Source: Vicugna vicugna (Eukaryota). From it: a stretch of DNA of 64,000 bases. Below the pieces are notes generated by a model that was given only the letters and a program-made list of their open reading frames with translations, was not told the origin of the DNA and ran no database searches. Position 1 is the first letter of the stretch; each line of letters opens with the position of its first letter. Of the stretch, positions 11,951 through 25,829 are shown piece after piece. The stretch covers positions 1,178,001-1,242,000 of the forward strand of contig MU058213.1 in the NCBI GenBank assembly GCA_013265495.1, written 5' to 3'. The translations under genes and the position numbers were made by a program.

Positions 11951-14900
11951 AGCTCTGCAGCATCCTCTCCTTGTGGAGAAGGGCACAGCCGGAGGGCCAG
12001 GGCGAGGGCCCCTCTTGCCTGGGTCTAAGAACAGCACTGCAGTTGGAAGATTCTTGCAAAAGTCACAGTGAAGGGAAACAAGGCTGTGACCAAAGGAATG
12101 AAATGGAGATAGTAATTGGGAAGGTCACACGGGGAAGATTTCCAAGTACTTAGAAATGACGAAGATGTGGAAGAACAAAAAAGAAAGGAGGCAGCAGAAG
12201 ATGACAAATTTTCAATCCTGGGTTATTGGTTGGGCTGGGGGAAACCTCTGTCCTAGGAAATCTCAGATTTTTGTTAGCATGCATGATTTTTTGTGACTGA
12301 GCAACACCCCTTCTCAAATATTTTCACCAGACTCTTCATCCATTCATATGTATTCAGAATAGTGCAGAAATTTAAGCATTTGCGCCAAGCATCAGATTTA
12401 AGAATAATTTGCTTAGAAATATTTATTAACAGCAATGTCTTAGAGCAACATGCTTTAGGAAAATGTGTGATTTCTATTTAAATATGTTATTTCAAGTAAC
12501 ATAGCAAATGAACTGCATTCTACAGACTTTATGGTTTAGAATTTGATCAGCTACAAAACAGGGCAATTGAAATTGCTGTATTTCTAATTTTTAAACTTCA
12601 TATTGCTAAAAGTACAACAGGGTAGTATTTTACCAAGCCTGAGACCTCAAACCTGAGACATGAATTTTCCTGTCACAGGTCAGTCCAGCTGAACCATAGG
12701 TGGAAAGTATGTAGATGGAGCATAATTGTCCTAATTGGAATATGGCCATGGCAGTGAGCCAGCCAGCATTCCAGTCACAAAAACAGTGTTATTTTTTAAT
12801 TTCATTGCTTTTTATGAGACATTGCAATAATGGTTTGCGCCCGATAAGTCTGACAATGTAATTGGATTCTAGAGTCATTGTTCTAAACCCACTTGTAATA
12901 TGAGAAACAAAAAAATAAGTGTCTTTAAAAGTAATCTTACATCAAATATTTGCTTGAAAGATAAAAATATTTAGTGTTATGAAAGGTCCCAATGATGAAT
13001 AATAAAAGTAGTCCCACAGTGGTTTTTCCTAAAGGCTAGTGAAGATTTTTTAAATGGTCCACTCTTTTTCTTAATACTGATCACTATGCAGGGAAACCAC
13101 ATAGACAGAAGCGTATCTTGGGTTGAGGGTCTTAGAGCATTCCAAATATCCTGGAGATCCATGGCATGCCCCAAATCAGAGCCTGGAGGACATGGAAAGG
13201 GAGTGGAACAGGACAGAACTTGTGAGTGACTAGGTCCTCGTCTCCGGATTTACATGTTCTCCAGCCCATGGGATACATCTGACAAGCCCCAGGTCTAAAT
13301 GGGGAAGGGGAGAGGTGAAGGGTGGCGTTGAGGTGAGGGTGGGGCCAAGGGCTCTAAAAAATAGATCAGGATAGATGCTTGTTCCTTGGAGGGCACTGGG
13401 AAGCAAGGGAGTAGAAATCTTTGCTGAGCCCTTCTCCTTAAGTGGTCCTTGACATCATAGGGATGCCGATCAATCACATGCTTCCTCCCTCCAGGTTCTG
13501 CATTGGTTGAGAAATAGGCACACGTGTCTAGTGGGAATAAAACCACACCTGTACCAGTGGTGAAGCTGGACCAGAGAACACCTGTGGCCTAGGGAGGGCG
13601 GTCAGCTCTCGCTCTGGGTGGGGAGAGCTGCTCTGTGGAGCATAGGGACCTGCCTCTGCAGGAAAGGGAGCTTCTGCCCTCACTCCCTATCAGACTCAGA
13701 GAAGAGGCCCGGGGAGACGTCGGCCTCCAGAAGGCAGGCCCCCAGCCCCCACCCAGCTCTGCTTGCCTCGTGGGAATAAAGTCAGAGGGGAGGATGTGCA
13801 GGCAGGTCTCCATCAGGGAGTAAGTGAGCGAGCAGTGTGACCTCCACCCTCGTGACCCCCATCATATCTGTCACTCCTCCCCAAAGGGCAGAGCTGGGAG
13901 CAGCTTTCCCGCTTCCCTGAGAGAACACAGTGTGGGCAGAAGGTACTGTTTTAGGGCTCAACGATGGAACAGGGGGAGAAGGAGAGAAGTGTTCCCTCAG
14001 TTGTCATGTGACTCAGTCTTATCCTCTCAGAAGAACATTCCCCAGAACATTGGGTCCTGAAAGTTATATTTTTAAATGAGCCCACGTTTTAATCAGGACA
14101 GAGCTGGGTGACAATCACTCCCTGTTGCTCCTGGGTGAGTGTGGTGGGTGGGGGAGGGGAATGCAATTTTCAGTTTGAGCATTTGCAACTGAAACTCTGA
14201 GCTCAGTCTTGAATAGGAGCCAAGGATTCCCTCCCGAGAACCCTACAGGACTTGTTTGAGGGAAAAAAGTTGTTTATATTTCTTTGTATTGGAAGCTGCC
14301 TTTCCCTTCTGAGGCTGTCAGCAGGAGAAGTGAGGATGGGGGCTCATCTGGAGTAAGGGTCGGGGGCTGGTGGGGGAACCTGGATATATGGTCAAGGTTG
14401 AGTTTTGAAAAAGTTTGAAAATTTGGTTCATCTTTGGTATCCTCAGTCTGCTCTGTATGATTTCTCCATCTTCCAGATGATCTTTCCTTCCTTCCAAACT
14501 TGTCAAAACAAGCATTCATTCATTCCATCAAGTGTAGCTCATAGGTAAGTGGCAGGAGAAAAATAAATTAATTAAAATAATTAACAATGAAGTGTGAATC
14601 TTAGCCTTACTTAGCCACCTTGGATGTGTTTGTATTTTAAAGGAAAACACTGCTTTACAGGTATAGATATCTCAGTGGTTTAAATTTCAGGCAGAACTAT
14701 GAAGCTATTTGCCTGGAAATTGGGGGTGGAATTGTTCCCAGTGCCGAGCAGACAATACAGCCTTCTGTGAACCCGTGCAATGAGTAAGGACCAGGCACAG
14801 ACTCAGCCGAGGTCAAAAAGGATGAAGGCAAAGAAATGACCACTGGTGGGCCTAGGATGAGGTCACTGGTAACTTAAAGGAATTGGGGAGAAACAGTGGC

Positions 14901-17399
14901 AGTGACGATGGAAGATAATCCAGGCAGCATGGATTCAATTCAGCCAGTAGTTTTGGGGTCCTTATTATCTGCTAAGCCCTGGGCTGGATACAACCAAAGA
15001 GGCAGGAAAAGGATGCACTCACTTGGAAGAAGGGGAAAGCTCTTCAGAAGGTTAGTGGAGTGAAACATCTTAATTCTCTGGACATCTGAACTGGTAAGTG
15101 TACTTTGCTTTTTCTAAGCAAATCCCTAGTCTTGAACAAAGGAAATGCCAACTTTTCCCTTTTTAGTTGCAGGACCCAGGCTCTATCGTGACGGGAACAT
15201 CTGCCCTGAGTCAGTCTCCCTATCCATCCAAATATTGTTCTGTTTCTCCTCCCAGCAACCTCTCAGCCAAGCAGGCACCCTGTTGATGCCCCATATCCTT
15301 CACACTCTCCCCTTGCCTCTGCTCTGGCTGGTCTTTCCAACACCCCAGGTGTCCGTGCCCCTTCTGAATCCTGCACGTCTTTCTAGGCTGGCGCAGCTTC
15401 CCAGATACTTCCTTTTCTGAGCAGGCTTCCCTGAGTACCAGGACCCTGCCTTTCTCTGAACGCCAAGTACTGTAATGATTCCAGCAACAATCATGGTAAT
15501 GATTACAGCAACAATAATAAAGCCCTGCAGTGGAAGAGTGCTAAGAATATTCCAAGTGCTGACACATACTGTGTTACATTCTTGCCTCCCAGGACCATTC
15601 AAAAGATAGTAAGGGAGTAATATTATCCCTCCCTGAAAATGAAACAAAACAAAAATCAAGTAGGCAACTGAGGTCCAAAAAGAGTAAATGCCTCTTCCCA
15701 AGGCCGCATACCCCTGGATGCTTTGTGGTACCTGCCATCTTGGTGTCTGGTTTAAGTTATGATTTCTGATTCTATGTTCTCTTTCGCTGTTTTCAAATTG
15801 TTTCCTGTTGCTAGTCTTGGCTCTCTAAGAAGACTATACTTTTCTTCAGGGCAGAGAAAATCTCATGCATCATGATATTTCCTCAACACCCAGAATCATA
15901 CTGAGTATACAATTTTGGCTTAGAAATTGCTGCATTCATGATGTGGAGGGCCACCTGTTTATATTCTGGCACATGGCCGAGTGTGGACATTGGAGTTTAC
16001 TGGCAGGCACCATAGCCCTGTGATTCCATTTGACTATATTTGGGGTGTTGAAGATCATGGGGCACACAAAGACTGAGGAGGAGCTCTCTCAGATGGTAGC
16101 TACCATTACTAATTTAAAAGGCCTTCAGTGTTGGTAGAAAGTTGAGAAGGAATGAAATATCTCTATTTAATGAGTAATCTTCATAGCCCCTACATTATTA
16201 AGTTTAATTTGGAAACATGCAACCTGTCCTCATCTGATCTGAAATTCCTTGCCTCCCCCTCTCCCTCCAATAGTAGTATCTGACCTGGACCGGGTTCAGG
16301 GGGGAAGAGGAAATCCCTGACTCAATGATTGACAGTGAAGATGCGGGCAAGAGAATGAGCTGGGAAGGTTGGCAATAGTGCTGGCGGCTTTGGCTATCTG
16401 ACAGGGGACCTGGGGAGGCACGAGCTGGCTCTCTCTCTCCCAGGGCTTAAGGGAGGAAGGATGTCTATGGGTTACTGCTCTGGCTCAGAGGTTGACCCTT
16501 GAGGGAGAGGAAACAGAGGAGATCTGCACAAGCTCCAAACCAGATTTCTGGAAGGTGAAGCTACTGAAGATGGTTGCAGTGATCAGGTCAGGACAACTTG
16601 GGGTCCAGTTCAGGGACGGACCAACCCCATGTCCTAGGAGTGATGGATCCACTGGTTGATGTATCTACTGGCTTATTGCCTTGTAGATTTATGTCCTGCA
16701 TTTAGGGTGTGCAATTTCAAAATAAAGTGATATCGTAAAGATTTGCTTAAATTTACATCTGTAAATAGAGTGGAACATTGTAGTTTCAATAGTTGGAGCG
16801 AATCCTACCAACTATTGATCACTGTACAAAAGATTAATTTAAAACAGCATTCAAATTCAAGTATGGAAGCATGCCAGTAAGATTTTTGAGGCAAAAAATA
16901 TCGATGTATTCCTCCCAGTTTCTGAATCACTCTTGTGGATCACTTTTAATAAACACATAACACCTACTTCATCTCTAAATAATGACATCAAATGTTCCAG
17001 GGAATTTGGCCTCCTCCAGAGGGAAATCAATCAAAGTATGATAATATAACAAATATCCTGAGACAAACAGTAGAGCAAAGGAAATAAAAAGAATATTTAT
17101 TATGAGAATCATTTCCCTTTCCAGAATTTTGACCTTCTTATTTATCAGACTAAGAAGTCCTTGAATTGGCTGTGAAATAAAAACAAAGAACAGTTTTCAA
17201 ATTCTGAGGAAGAAAATACTTATTTTATACATACTAGAGTATAAAGCCTTATTAGAGAGCAAAGACTAGCAACAGGAAATAATTCGAACATACTGCAAGG
17301 TAACATTTAATCAGAGACCAAATTTAGAGAGACCAAAATGGCAGATACAATGCACAGACGTTAGTACATAGTTGGAGTTTAACTCATAATGGAAAGTAA

Positions 17400-17655
17400 A
17401 GTAGCAAATACTCATGTGGTGTTCATTATATGCCAGGCACTATTCTAAGTGACTTAAATATTTTAATGAATTCATTTCTCATAACATATCTCATAATGAG
17501 ATAGGCTTTATTATACAAATTTTACAGAAGAGGAAACTGTGGCACAGATCAGTTAAGTAATTTGTCCAAGGTCACACAGCTAGTAAGTGACAGTGCTGAG
17601 GAGTGACCCCAGGCAGTCTACTTCCAAAGTTTGTGATCTTAACCACACTGCACCT
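17400..17655 (-). mobile_element. MIR SINE
   Basis: atgccaggcactattctaag...ttttacagaagaggaaactgtggcacag...gttaagtaatttgtccaaggtcacacagctagtaagtg. Confidence 0.9.
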
Positions 17656-19629
17656 CACACATCTTCTCTTAGTAGTAGTAATAATGATAACTATTAAATT
17701 TGTTATTTCCTATGTTAATACCTGAAGTAAAGCTTCAGGTGTTAAGTGAAATACACTGGCCTTTGTTTTATAAGAACCACATCCAGAACATCCTAGCTTC
17801 CCATCTCACAGGCTGTGATGGACTGACTGTAAACAGCGAAGCGGCTGGCTCACCGCCTGGCTCACTTACATGAAGCCTCGAGTTGTTTGCAGGCCCACAG
17901 CCCATTCTGAGGGGTCCCTTAGGGTGTTCCACAGGAATCTTGAGTGTGTAGGTTGCTCTCATTTGTGCCTCAGAGACATGACCCACCACCCCAGGCCCCA
18001 GGCACAAAGACCTGATCCAAAGGCAGCCATCTAAAGCCTGGCCAGTGACCCTCAGACTGGCCTCACCAGAGACCTGCAGCCAACACTGTGGTGATTGGAC
18101 CAGTCAGACTCTCCCTCCGAGACTTTTAATGTGAAGCACAGAGAGGAGATGCTGAAAGAGTGAATTGGTGTTGGATATGAGAGAGACGCAGAGAAAGCAG
18201 CAAAGAGGAGGCATGAGGCAGAAAAACCATGAACAAGCAGGTGGGCAGGGAAGGTGGGGGTGGGGGTGGCGCTGTGCAGGAGGAGTGAAGAAACAAGAAA
18301 AGAGCATGCTCTGCTCAGAGGAACCCAGTCACAAACTCGGCCACTGATGAGGCCTGCAGTTGAGCCCTGAGTTCGTACTGGATCACCAGAGCCACATGGT
18401 ATCTTGACATGGCACGAGCGACATTTTCGTGAAGCCAGCGATGCAGTTCAGGAGATGGTTTCTTGTTCCCCTTAGGATTCCGAGCATCCTCATAATCCAC
18501 TTCCACTCATAGAGATTTTTAGCTTATAGTTTTGCATCTTGCGAAGGACCTGACTAACCCAGGGATTACAGTCCTAGCTTCTTCGTGTTCTCTCCTCCCA
18601 AATGCCATTACCAAATCCTGTTGCATTTGTCCTCAGACCCCTCCTTTCCCCACCCTCCTCTTGCCTGGAGGTCCTTGGTCCTCCTACCTACACAGCTGCA
18701 GTGACCTCTTGGCAGAGACAGCTTAAAAACTCAGAAATGTAAATTTCTAATGTGTTTTAAAATCGTTCTGATGATTTTCAAATGAGGTTTGGACTCATTT
18801 GTTAAAAACAAAAAACCCCTGTAAATCAGCCTCTTCTGATTAATATGCTATTAACCGCGGATTGAAATCAGAGAACATGGAAATTTCCCAGCCGCATTTC
18901 AACAAAAATACTTTCATCATGGGTATGTGGGATTGAAAAATAATAATTATCATGATTTATAAGCCCCTTCTTCCTTTGGGTCTGCCTTACTGTGATGAGG
19001 TGTCTTTTATCAGCCATGACAGCCACTAAAACCCAATGTCAAAATATACCCATCTTCTGTTAAGTCACGATTTCCAAAACAGTGAATCATAGCCCATCTT
19101 ATTGCTCAGACATAAATTATTAATTTTGTTTTTAGGAGAAACAAATATCAAAAATTATTTTTAAATGCTGATTTAACTAATCTATCTCGTTAAAATTTTT
19201 TTGAGCGTATGTTTTATAATGTACATATTAGTAGAGAGTATAAATGCTATACATAGGGATACAAGCTTAAAACATTTTAATGCACTAAAAAAAATACCCA
19301 GGCCTACAGGATAAAATGTTAGGTCTTCAAGACCTTTCTCCAGCCATCCTGCCTTTGCCTCACCTCCCCAGGTCCTTCTGCTCCAGTCACGCTCCCCATT
19401 TCTGGAAACCCCTGCTCCTCCAAGCTTCCCTCCAAGCCTCTCTTCCGTCAGGTAACCTCAGCTGACACACCTTTATCCTCCTTCCATCAACTCAGACGGC
19501 CACATTTTATTCTTTTACCAAAACCTTATGGTTCCTAACTTCTCATTTCTTGCCCATAATACTGACTTGAAAATACGCTAGTATCCAATATTGTAGCTAC
19601 ACTCTGTTTTGTTTTGTGTCGGTCTACAA

Positions 19630-20240
19630 TTTCATCACTAACATTGCAATGTTACACTAACAGTGTTGGATGTACACATATGGTTGCCAGCTTACTGACT
19701 TGTGATTCCTCACAGCACACCAGACCCTCCCCTGCCACCACCATCTTCCAGTTTCCCCACAGCACATGGATAGTGCGGCTTTACCAGTGGCCCTTCACGC
19801 CCCCTCAACATTTATAATTTCCAAGCTCGGCCAGCCTACGTCCAACTCTCAGCACCTTCAACTCGGGTTGAGGGCTCTGTTTGGCTGCTGCTGCCTGCTC
19901 CTGCCAGGTGCAGGCAAGAGGTGTCGGGGCAGTAATGTCTCTTGGGAGCAGCCCTCAACCCAGGTCTGAAGGGAGTTGGTGGACGGCCCAGATCTCTTAC
20001 CCTTCGCGGAGGAAAACCGAGACATTTTCTACACGGGTCCCAGTGTCCCTCAGTGTCTTCGGTGAGATGAAGCTCCAGTCGCCCATGGTGGTGACTTGCT
20101 GGGTGGTGACCCCTTCCTGGCTTCCCTTCCTTTCCTCCCTCACTTCCTCACTCACCTCCAAGTGTCTCTCCGGATCACCTCTCAAATAACCCACTTTCAC
20201 TCAAATCAGAGTATTCTCCTGGGGGAACCCAAAGACAAGA
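19630..20240 (+). mobile_element. Old ERVL-type LTR (LTR16/LTR33-like)
   Basis: 3' end tcacctctcaaataaccactttcactcaaatc...tgggggaacccaaagacaaga. Confidence 0.55.
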
Positions 20241-20244
20241 TCCT

Positions 20245-21940
20245 TTAGAAGTTCCCTTCATGTAGGTTTATTGGTGGCAAGTTTGGTTTTTGTTTATCTG
20301 AAAACTTCTTCATTTCATGCGTCTTCTTGGAACATGGTTTTGCTGGATACAGGATGCTGGGTTGTCAGCTGTTTTCTCTCAAACTTGGGAAGTATTGTTT
20401 CACTGTCTACTGTTAGTCTGATTACTGCTCTTTTGTAGGTGACCTGCCTTTTCTCTGTGAAAAAAGATCTTTCCTTTGTTTCTGGTGTTCTGTAGATTTC
20501 ATTATGATACAATCAGGTTTAGACTTTTAAGAAATTTACCTTCCTTGGCATAGATGGTTCTCACTGTATCTGTGGATTCTTGTCTTTTGTTGTTCTGGAA
20601 AATCCTCAGCAATGATCTCTTTAAACATTGCCTTTCATCATTCCTTCTGAGACTCTGATTAGACATCTGCTAAACTTGTCCTTTATTCTATGTCTTTTCT
20701 CTCTCTGCTACATTCTGGTTAATTTCTTAAGCTTTCTCTTCTAGTTAGCCAGTTTTTCCTTCAGCTGTTTCTAATCTGTATTTAATCTCTTCATTGGGAT
20801 TTTAAATTTTTCAATATTTATATTTAAAGTTCTATATAGATCTTTTTCCAGTCAAACCCATCATTTTTTATTGTCTCTTTTTTTTCCACTTTTGTGATTC
20901 TAACTTTTATTTATTTAGACATTTCACATATTATTATTATATTTTAGTATTTAAAGTTTTAGGCCATTCTGGCCGTCATTCAAAAATCCAAAAATGACAA
21001 ATGCTGGAGAAGCTGTGGAGAAAGGGGAACCCTCCTACACTGCTGGTGGGAATGCAGTTTGGTGCAGCCACTATGGAAAACAGTGTGGAGATTCCTCAAA
21101 AGACTAGGAATAGACTTACCATATGACCCAGGAATCCCACTCCTGGGCTTGTACCCAGAAGGAAATCTACTTCAGGATGACACCTGCACCCCAATGTTCA
21201 TAGCAGCACTATTTACAATAGCCAAAACATGGAAACAGCCTAAATGTCCATCAACAGGTGACTGGATAAAGAAGAAGTGGTATATTTATACAATGGAATA
21301 CTACTCAGCCATAAAAACCGACAACATAATGCCATTTGCAGCAACATGGATGCTCCTGGAGAATGTCATTCTAAGTGAAGTAAGCCAGAAAGAGAAAGAA
21401 AAATACCATATGAGATCGCTCATATGTGGAATCTAAAAAACAAAAACAAACAAACAAACAAAAACAAAGCATAAATACAGGACAGAAATAGACTCATGGA
21501 CAGAGAATACAGACTTGTGGTTACCAGGGGGGTAGAGGGTGGGAAGGGATAGACTGGGATTTCAAAATTGTAGAATAGATAAACAAGATTACACTGTATA
21601 GCACAGGGAAATATACACAAAATGTTATGATAAATCACAGAGAAAAAAATGTGACAATGAGTGTGTATATGTCCATGAATGACTGAAAAATTGTGCTGAA
21701 CACTGGAATTTGACACAACATTGTAAAATGATTATAAATCAATAAAAAATGTTAAAAAAAATAAAGTTTTAGGCTGTTCTAATTCTGCTGTTTTTGCTGA
21801 TGCTCACTCATGGTGCCTTTTTTTTCTTACTGATTTTTGGTAATGAGGGCATATGTATTTGCTCTTAATCCCTTAAGGTCTAAAACTGGGTTACTTTCTT
21901 TCAGGGAAAATTTTTGTTTGTATCTGCATAAAGGGGGCAC
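20245..21940 (-). mobile_element. Old L1M fragment hosting a younger L1
   Basis: T-rich antisense L1 ORF1-like sequence on both sides of the 20965-21761 insertion. Confidence 0.65.
20965..21761 (+). mobile_element. Young 5'-truncated LINE-1 (open ORF2 C-terminus, 3'UTR, poly(A)) with 13-bp TSD
   Basis: Open frame ...[36 protein letters not shown]...YHMRSLICGI* (stop 21436); aataaa and A tail; taaagttttaggc at 20952-20964 and 21762-21774. Confidence 0.95.
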
Positions 21941-21959
21941 TACCTACTGGGGCCTTTTG

Positions 21960-22091
21960 TCTTGTTTTTTGGGGTGTGAGGAGGTAATTAGGTTTATTTA
22001 TTTACTTTAGACGAGTAACTGGGGATTGAACTCCAGACTTTGTGCATGCTAAGCATGCACTCTACCACTTGAGCTATACCCCTCCCCCTTT
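21960..22091 (-). mobile_element. tRNA-derived SINE (Vic-1-like) with 17-bp TSD
   Basis: Reverse complement ggggaggggtatagctcaagtggtagagtgcatgcttagcatgcacaaag...ttcaatccccag; cctactgg(g/t)gccttttg at 21943-21959 and 22092-22108. Confidence 0.9.
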
Positions 22092-25000
22092 CCTACTGGT
22101 GCCTTTTGGCCCTTTCCAGGATTCTTGGTTTAATCTAGAGTCATGACCCAAGGTTTAGACTTCTGGGTTGAATTATGCCTGCTTCCGCCTCCCCAGTTCC
22201 TATGTTGAAGTCCCCTAGTCCGTGGCATTTTGTTACTGCAGCCCGAGCAGGCTGACAGAGGCTGCACAGGGCTTCCTTAGGATTTGCCCTCGGGGGAAGT
22301 GCCGTTTTCCTCCTGTGTGCTTATTATTCAACCAGCATTTTAATCTCTGCCCCAGGGAAATTTCCCTTACTTACTAGAGCTCACTGATGCAAAGGAGAGC
22401 GTATTTCATTGCAGATCTGGTTGCTCTGTTGGAGTATCTATTCAGAGGATCTTGTCTGCCACACTGCCAGCAGTGCCTTAAATTCTATTGTTTTCTTAAG
22501 TACCAATTTCACTGTCCTTTCTTCTACAGCTTCTTGAGTAATCACCCACCACAATCACTCCCCTCCTGAAACTCTTAGCATTAATGCATACATTATATAT
22601 TGCCATTCATGCTACCTCTTAGAATTAGTCACCAACTATTGCCTTGAAATCAGAGGCTAAATCCCACACCTTCTCTCTCACAGCTCAAAAGGCAATCCCA
22701 GACACTGCAGGCACTAATTTCATGTTTATGAAATGAGTGAATGTAAGGTGAGAAATAAAGGACCAAAACTACTACAGTACTGTCAACGCTACATTAAACA
22801 AACTACATCAACCATAGAATTGATTGTGGTCCAATATTAAGTGGTCCAAATAGGTTTTAAAAACAAAAAGATCACATCTGAGGCCTGATTCAGAGAGCCT
22901 TTGAGGAGTTGATGACAAGACCTTACGTCATTCCTTAGAAACACCCCTGAAGGAAATGAAAATTGAAGTGGATCAGATTTGTAACCCTCGTTTGTTTTGC
23001 AAGTCCTGCTCTTCCTGAGAAACAACAGAAATAATAGAAACTAAATTTATCTCGCACTGCCTCACACCAGAAAGGAAAATACAGTCACCTGTTGTGACTC
23101 ATGCAGCCTATTTGGCAATGATTTCCAGATTCCTCTTCCAATTAAGAAGCAAGACAGAAGAACCAAGATTGTTTAGTTAAGCTTATGTGGCAATAGATAC
23201 TAGACCATAACCACGTGAAGCCACTCAGAATACCGGGACTTGGCCTGTAAATGAATTTTGATATTTAAAGTTACCCAGATTTCAGTTTTCTTTCATCGAG
23301 CGTGTCATGTCACATTGCTGAAGACGTTAAAAAGGTCTTAAGTGTAATATAAACTTGTGGTAGTTATATAGCCACACGGTCAAAATTATTTTATGACTTT
23401 GGAGTGTGATTTTTAAAAAGCTAACAGATAAGACCCAACATGAAGAAGAGGGCCGAGTAGCTGGGCTGGACGTGAGAGATGGGGAGGGGCCAGAGCTGGG
23501 TACCAAGGCTACCTCTCTGAGGTGAGTCAGAAATCTGGAAGTGACCTTCCTTCCTTCCAGCCCTGAGGGCTCCTTGAGGGGTTCCAGAAAGGCCTTTGGA
23601 ATCTGGAACAAGGCGGACAGGCAGACACTGTGTATTACCCTGTGAGCATTCTATGTCAGTGATGGGAGAGCAGTCAGTCCTTTGTTTACCATGATCGCAG
23701 AGACTGCTAGGAGCAAGCTATTAGTAGACCAGCATGAACCCAAAAAACCTGGGCTGAACTTGGTTTAGTTCTTCTGTGGGCTCCATTTTCTGAAAGGCCG
23801 TGGTATTAAAGGATCACATAGCCTTATAATCAGAATTTTGATGATCTCTGTAGGTTTGTATCTCCCTCTTGTTTCTTTTTTGAAACTAACTCACCACCTG
23901 CTTAAGTTTACCTTCCTTTCTCCTAATCTAAGGAATGATTACCTCCAAATGGGCCCAGACAAGCTGCTTTCCAGCCCAGCACTTGTATTGCTGGTGGCTT
24001 ACAGGAATTTGTATTTACCTAAGTGATATGTCTGCATCCCTCTTTTGTTATTAATTCTGTAAATCAGTATCCCTTCACTCTCTCATTTGGTAAGAAAAAA
24101 AAAAAACACGATTCCCCCAGTTTCCTAAGAATCTTTCTGTGTAGCACACATACTTCAACTTTTGTCTTCATCTCATTGACACCATGATCAATTTCCTGTT
24201 GACTTGTGTCATGCGTGTGCCATTAGATCTTATGACTAATGCATGCCACCTTTGAAGAGGACCTAAATAGCCTACCTGTAATTCTAGTTCTTTTGTAATA
24301 GACCCACATCTGGTTTGTCTTCCTGGTGTAGTTCAGGCAGATGATATGGAGGTCATTTTTCTGTCCCTTCCCCATGGGGGTGGGGGTCTGGTTAGCTGCC
24401 CATTCCTGCAATACACTTCCGTGTCAGAAATAAATGTAATAAATAGTTTTCACTTATTACAGCTTTTACAATCCAATTCTCCAAGGCGCATAAAACCAGC
24501 ACACTGAGGTAGGACAAATGAGTCTAAATGTCGGATCTCAGCCTTCTTGTCTCAGAGCACACCCTGGAGAGTACCTGGACCTCCATGAAAGCCAACACCA
24601 AGGTTAAAAATACCTCTCCCTGTTCTGGCTGGGGAAAAGCAGGGCTTCACCCCGCAGAGGGGCAGTAAGGCCCAGCCACCTCTGCCTGCCCAGGGCATCC
24701 TGTTTCTGGAAAGGTGCCAAAACACAAGCACCCACTTCTCTCAGAAGCATGGTGGGGACAGTCCTGAGCTGTCATCATGGTATCAGAAGAGTTTGGAAAA
24801 GCTTTCTTCTGGGCAAAACACCTTCCCGTCCCTGATAACCAGCCACCTGAAATTCTACTGCAGACAGACGCCTTTCGCTGAAGACAAGTGAAAAAGCAAA
24901 TCCTCCTGAGAATGGTTACCTTACGGACGAATGTATTAAATAACCAAAAAAACTTGAGGTTGTTGAAAAAGTCACATATATATATAGTAAAAAAAATTTA

Positions 25001-25829
25001 AATAATACAAAAGGTTATACATTAAAATTAGTGTTCCTCCCACCCTATATCCTCAGTCTCCCTGCAGTTGTACCCATGAGACCCATATATCCTTCTAGAA
25101 ATAACACATATATATTCAGGCATATGCAAAATGTGTCCCCTTGTAGCCATCCCTCCTTGTTTTTTACCTGCATGTGAGCACACAGTTGTGGCTCCTTGCC
25201 CCATCCTGCACATATGTTTGGCCCCTTGTTTCTACAGACCTATTTACTCTGAGGGTAACAGCACATGGAGCTCATCCTTCTCAGCAGCTGCCCCATCTTC
25301 CACGATCACCATAACAGGGCGGAGCTGACCCGTCTTAAGGGTAGTCCAGAGGCTCCACGTTTCCTGGAACAGAAGAAATGTCTGAGGTCACTTTAAGGTG
25401 GCTTGTTTCTGTAAGGCATGAGCTCATAGAACAAATTATTTCTTCCACAATACCAAGGGGAAATTATTTAGAACTTGGGGGTAAATTAAGTTTTGAAATT
25501 AGGAGCTCTTGTAAACTTTGAGACTTTGAGAACAAGGAAGAACTTCAACCTGGATTTGTGGTTGCTGCTCCCGATTTGTCACTTTGAGGGTTAGGGCTGA
25601 CGTGGGGACCAGGCAGAGTAGGCATGAGGGAGATGGGCTGGACAGGGACCAGACCAGGAGTGGGGCCAGGGCTGTGAGTCAACAAATGGAAAAATCCACT
25701 TCCCAAGAGAAACCAGGGGTATTTCCTGATGTCTTTTACGTCAACTTCTTCAAAGCCATAGTAGACTGCATGTGGGTGACTTACAAGACTTTAGAGTTAG
25801 AATTATAGGTAGACTCCCATCCATATAAT

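Noticed and set aside
21059..21436. 125-aa ORF as a host gene (likewise 2506-2841 and 31046-31387)
   Set aside because: LINE-1 ORF2 fragments.
22780..23230. Scattered motifs (ATTGATT, TTACGTCA, CACGTG)
   Set aside because: Isolated short matches expected by chance; too weak to call an enhancer.
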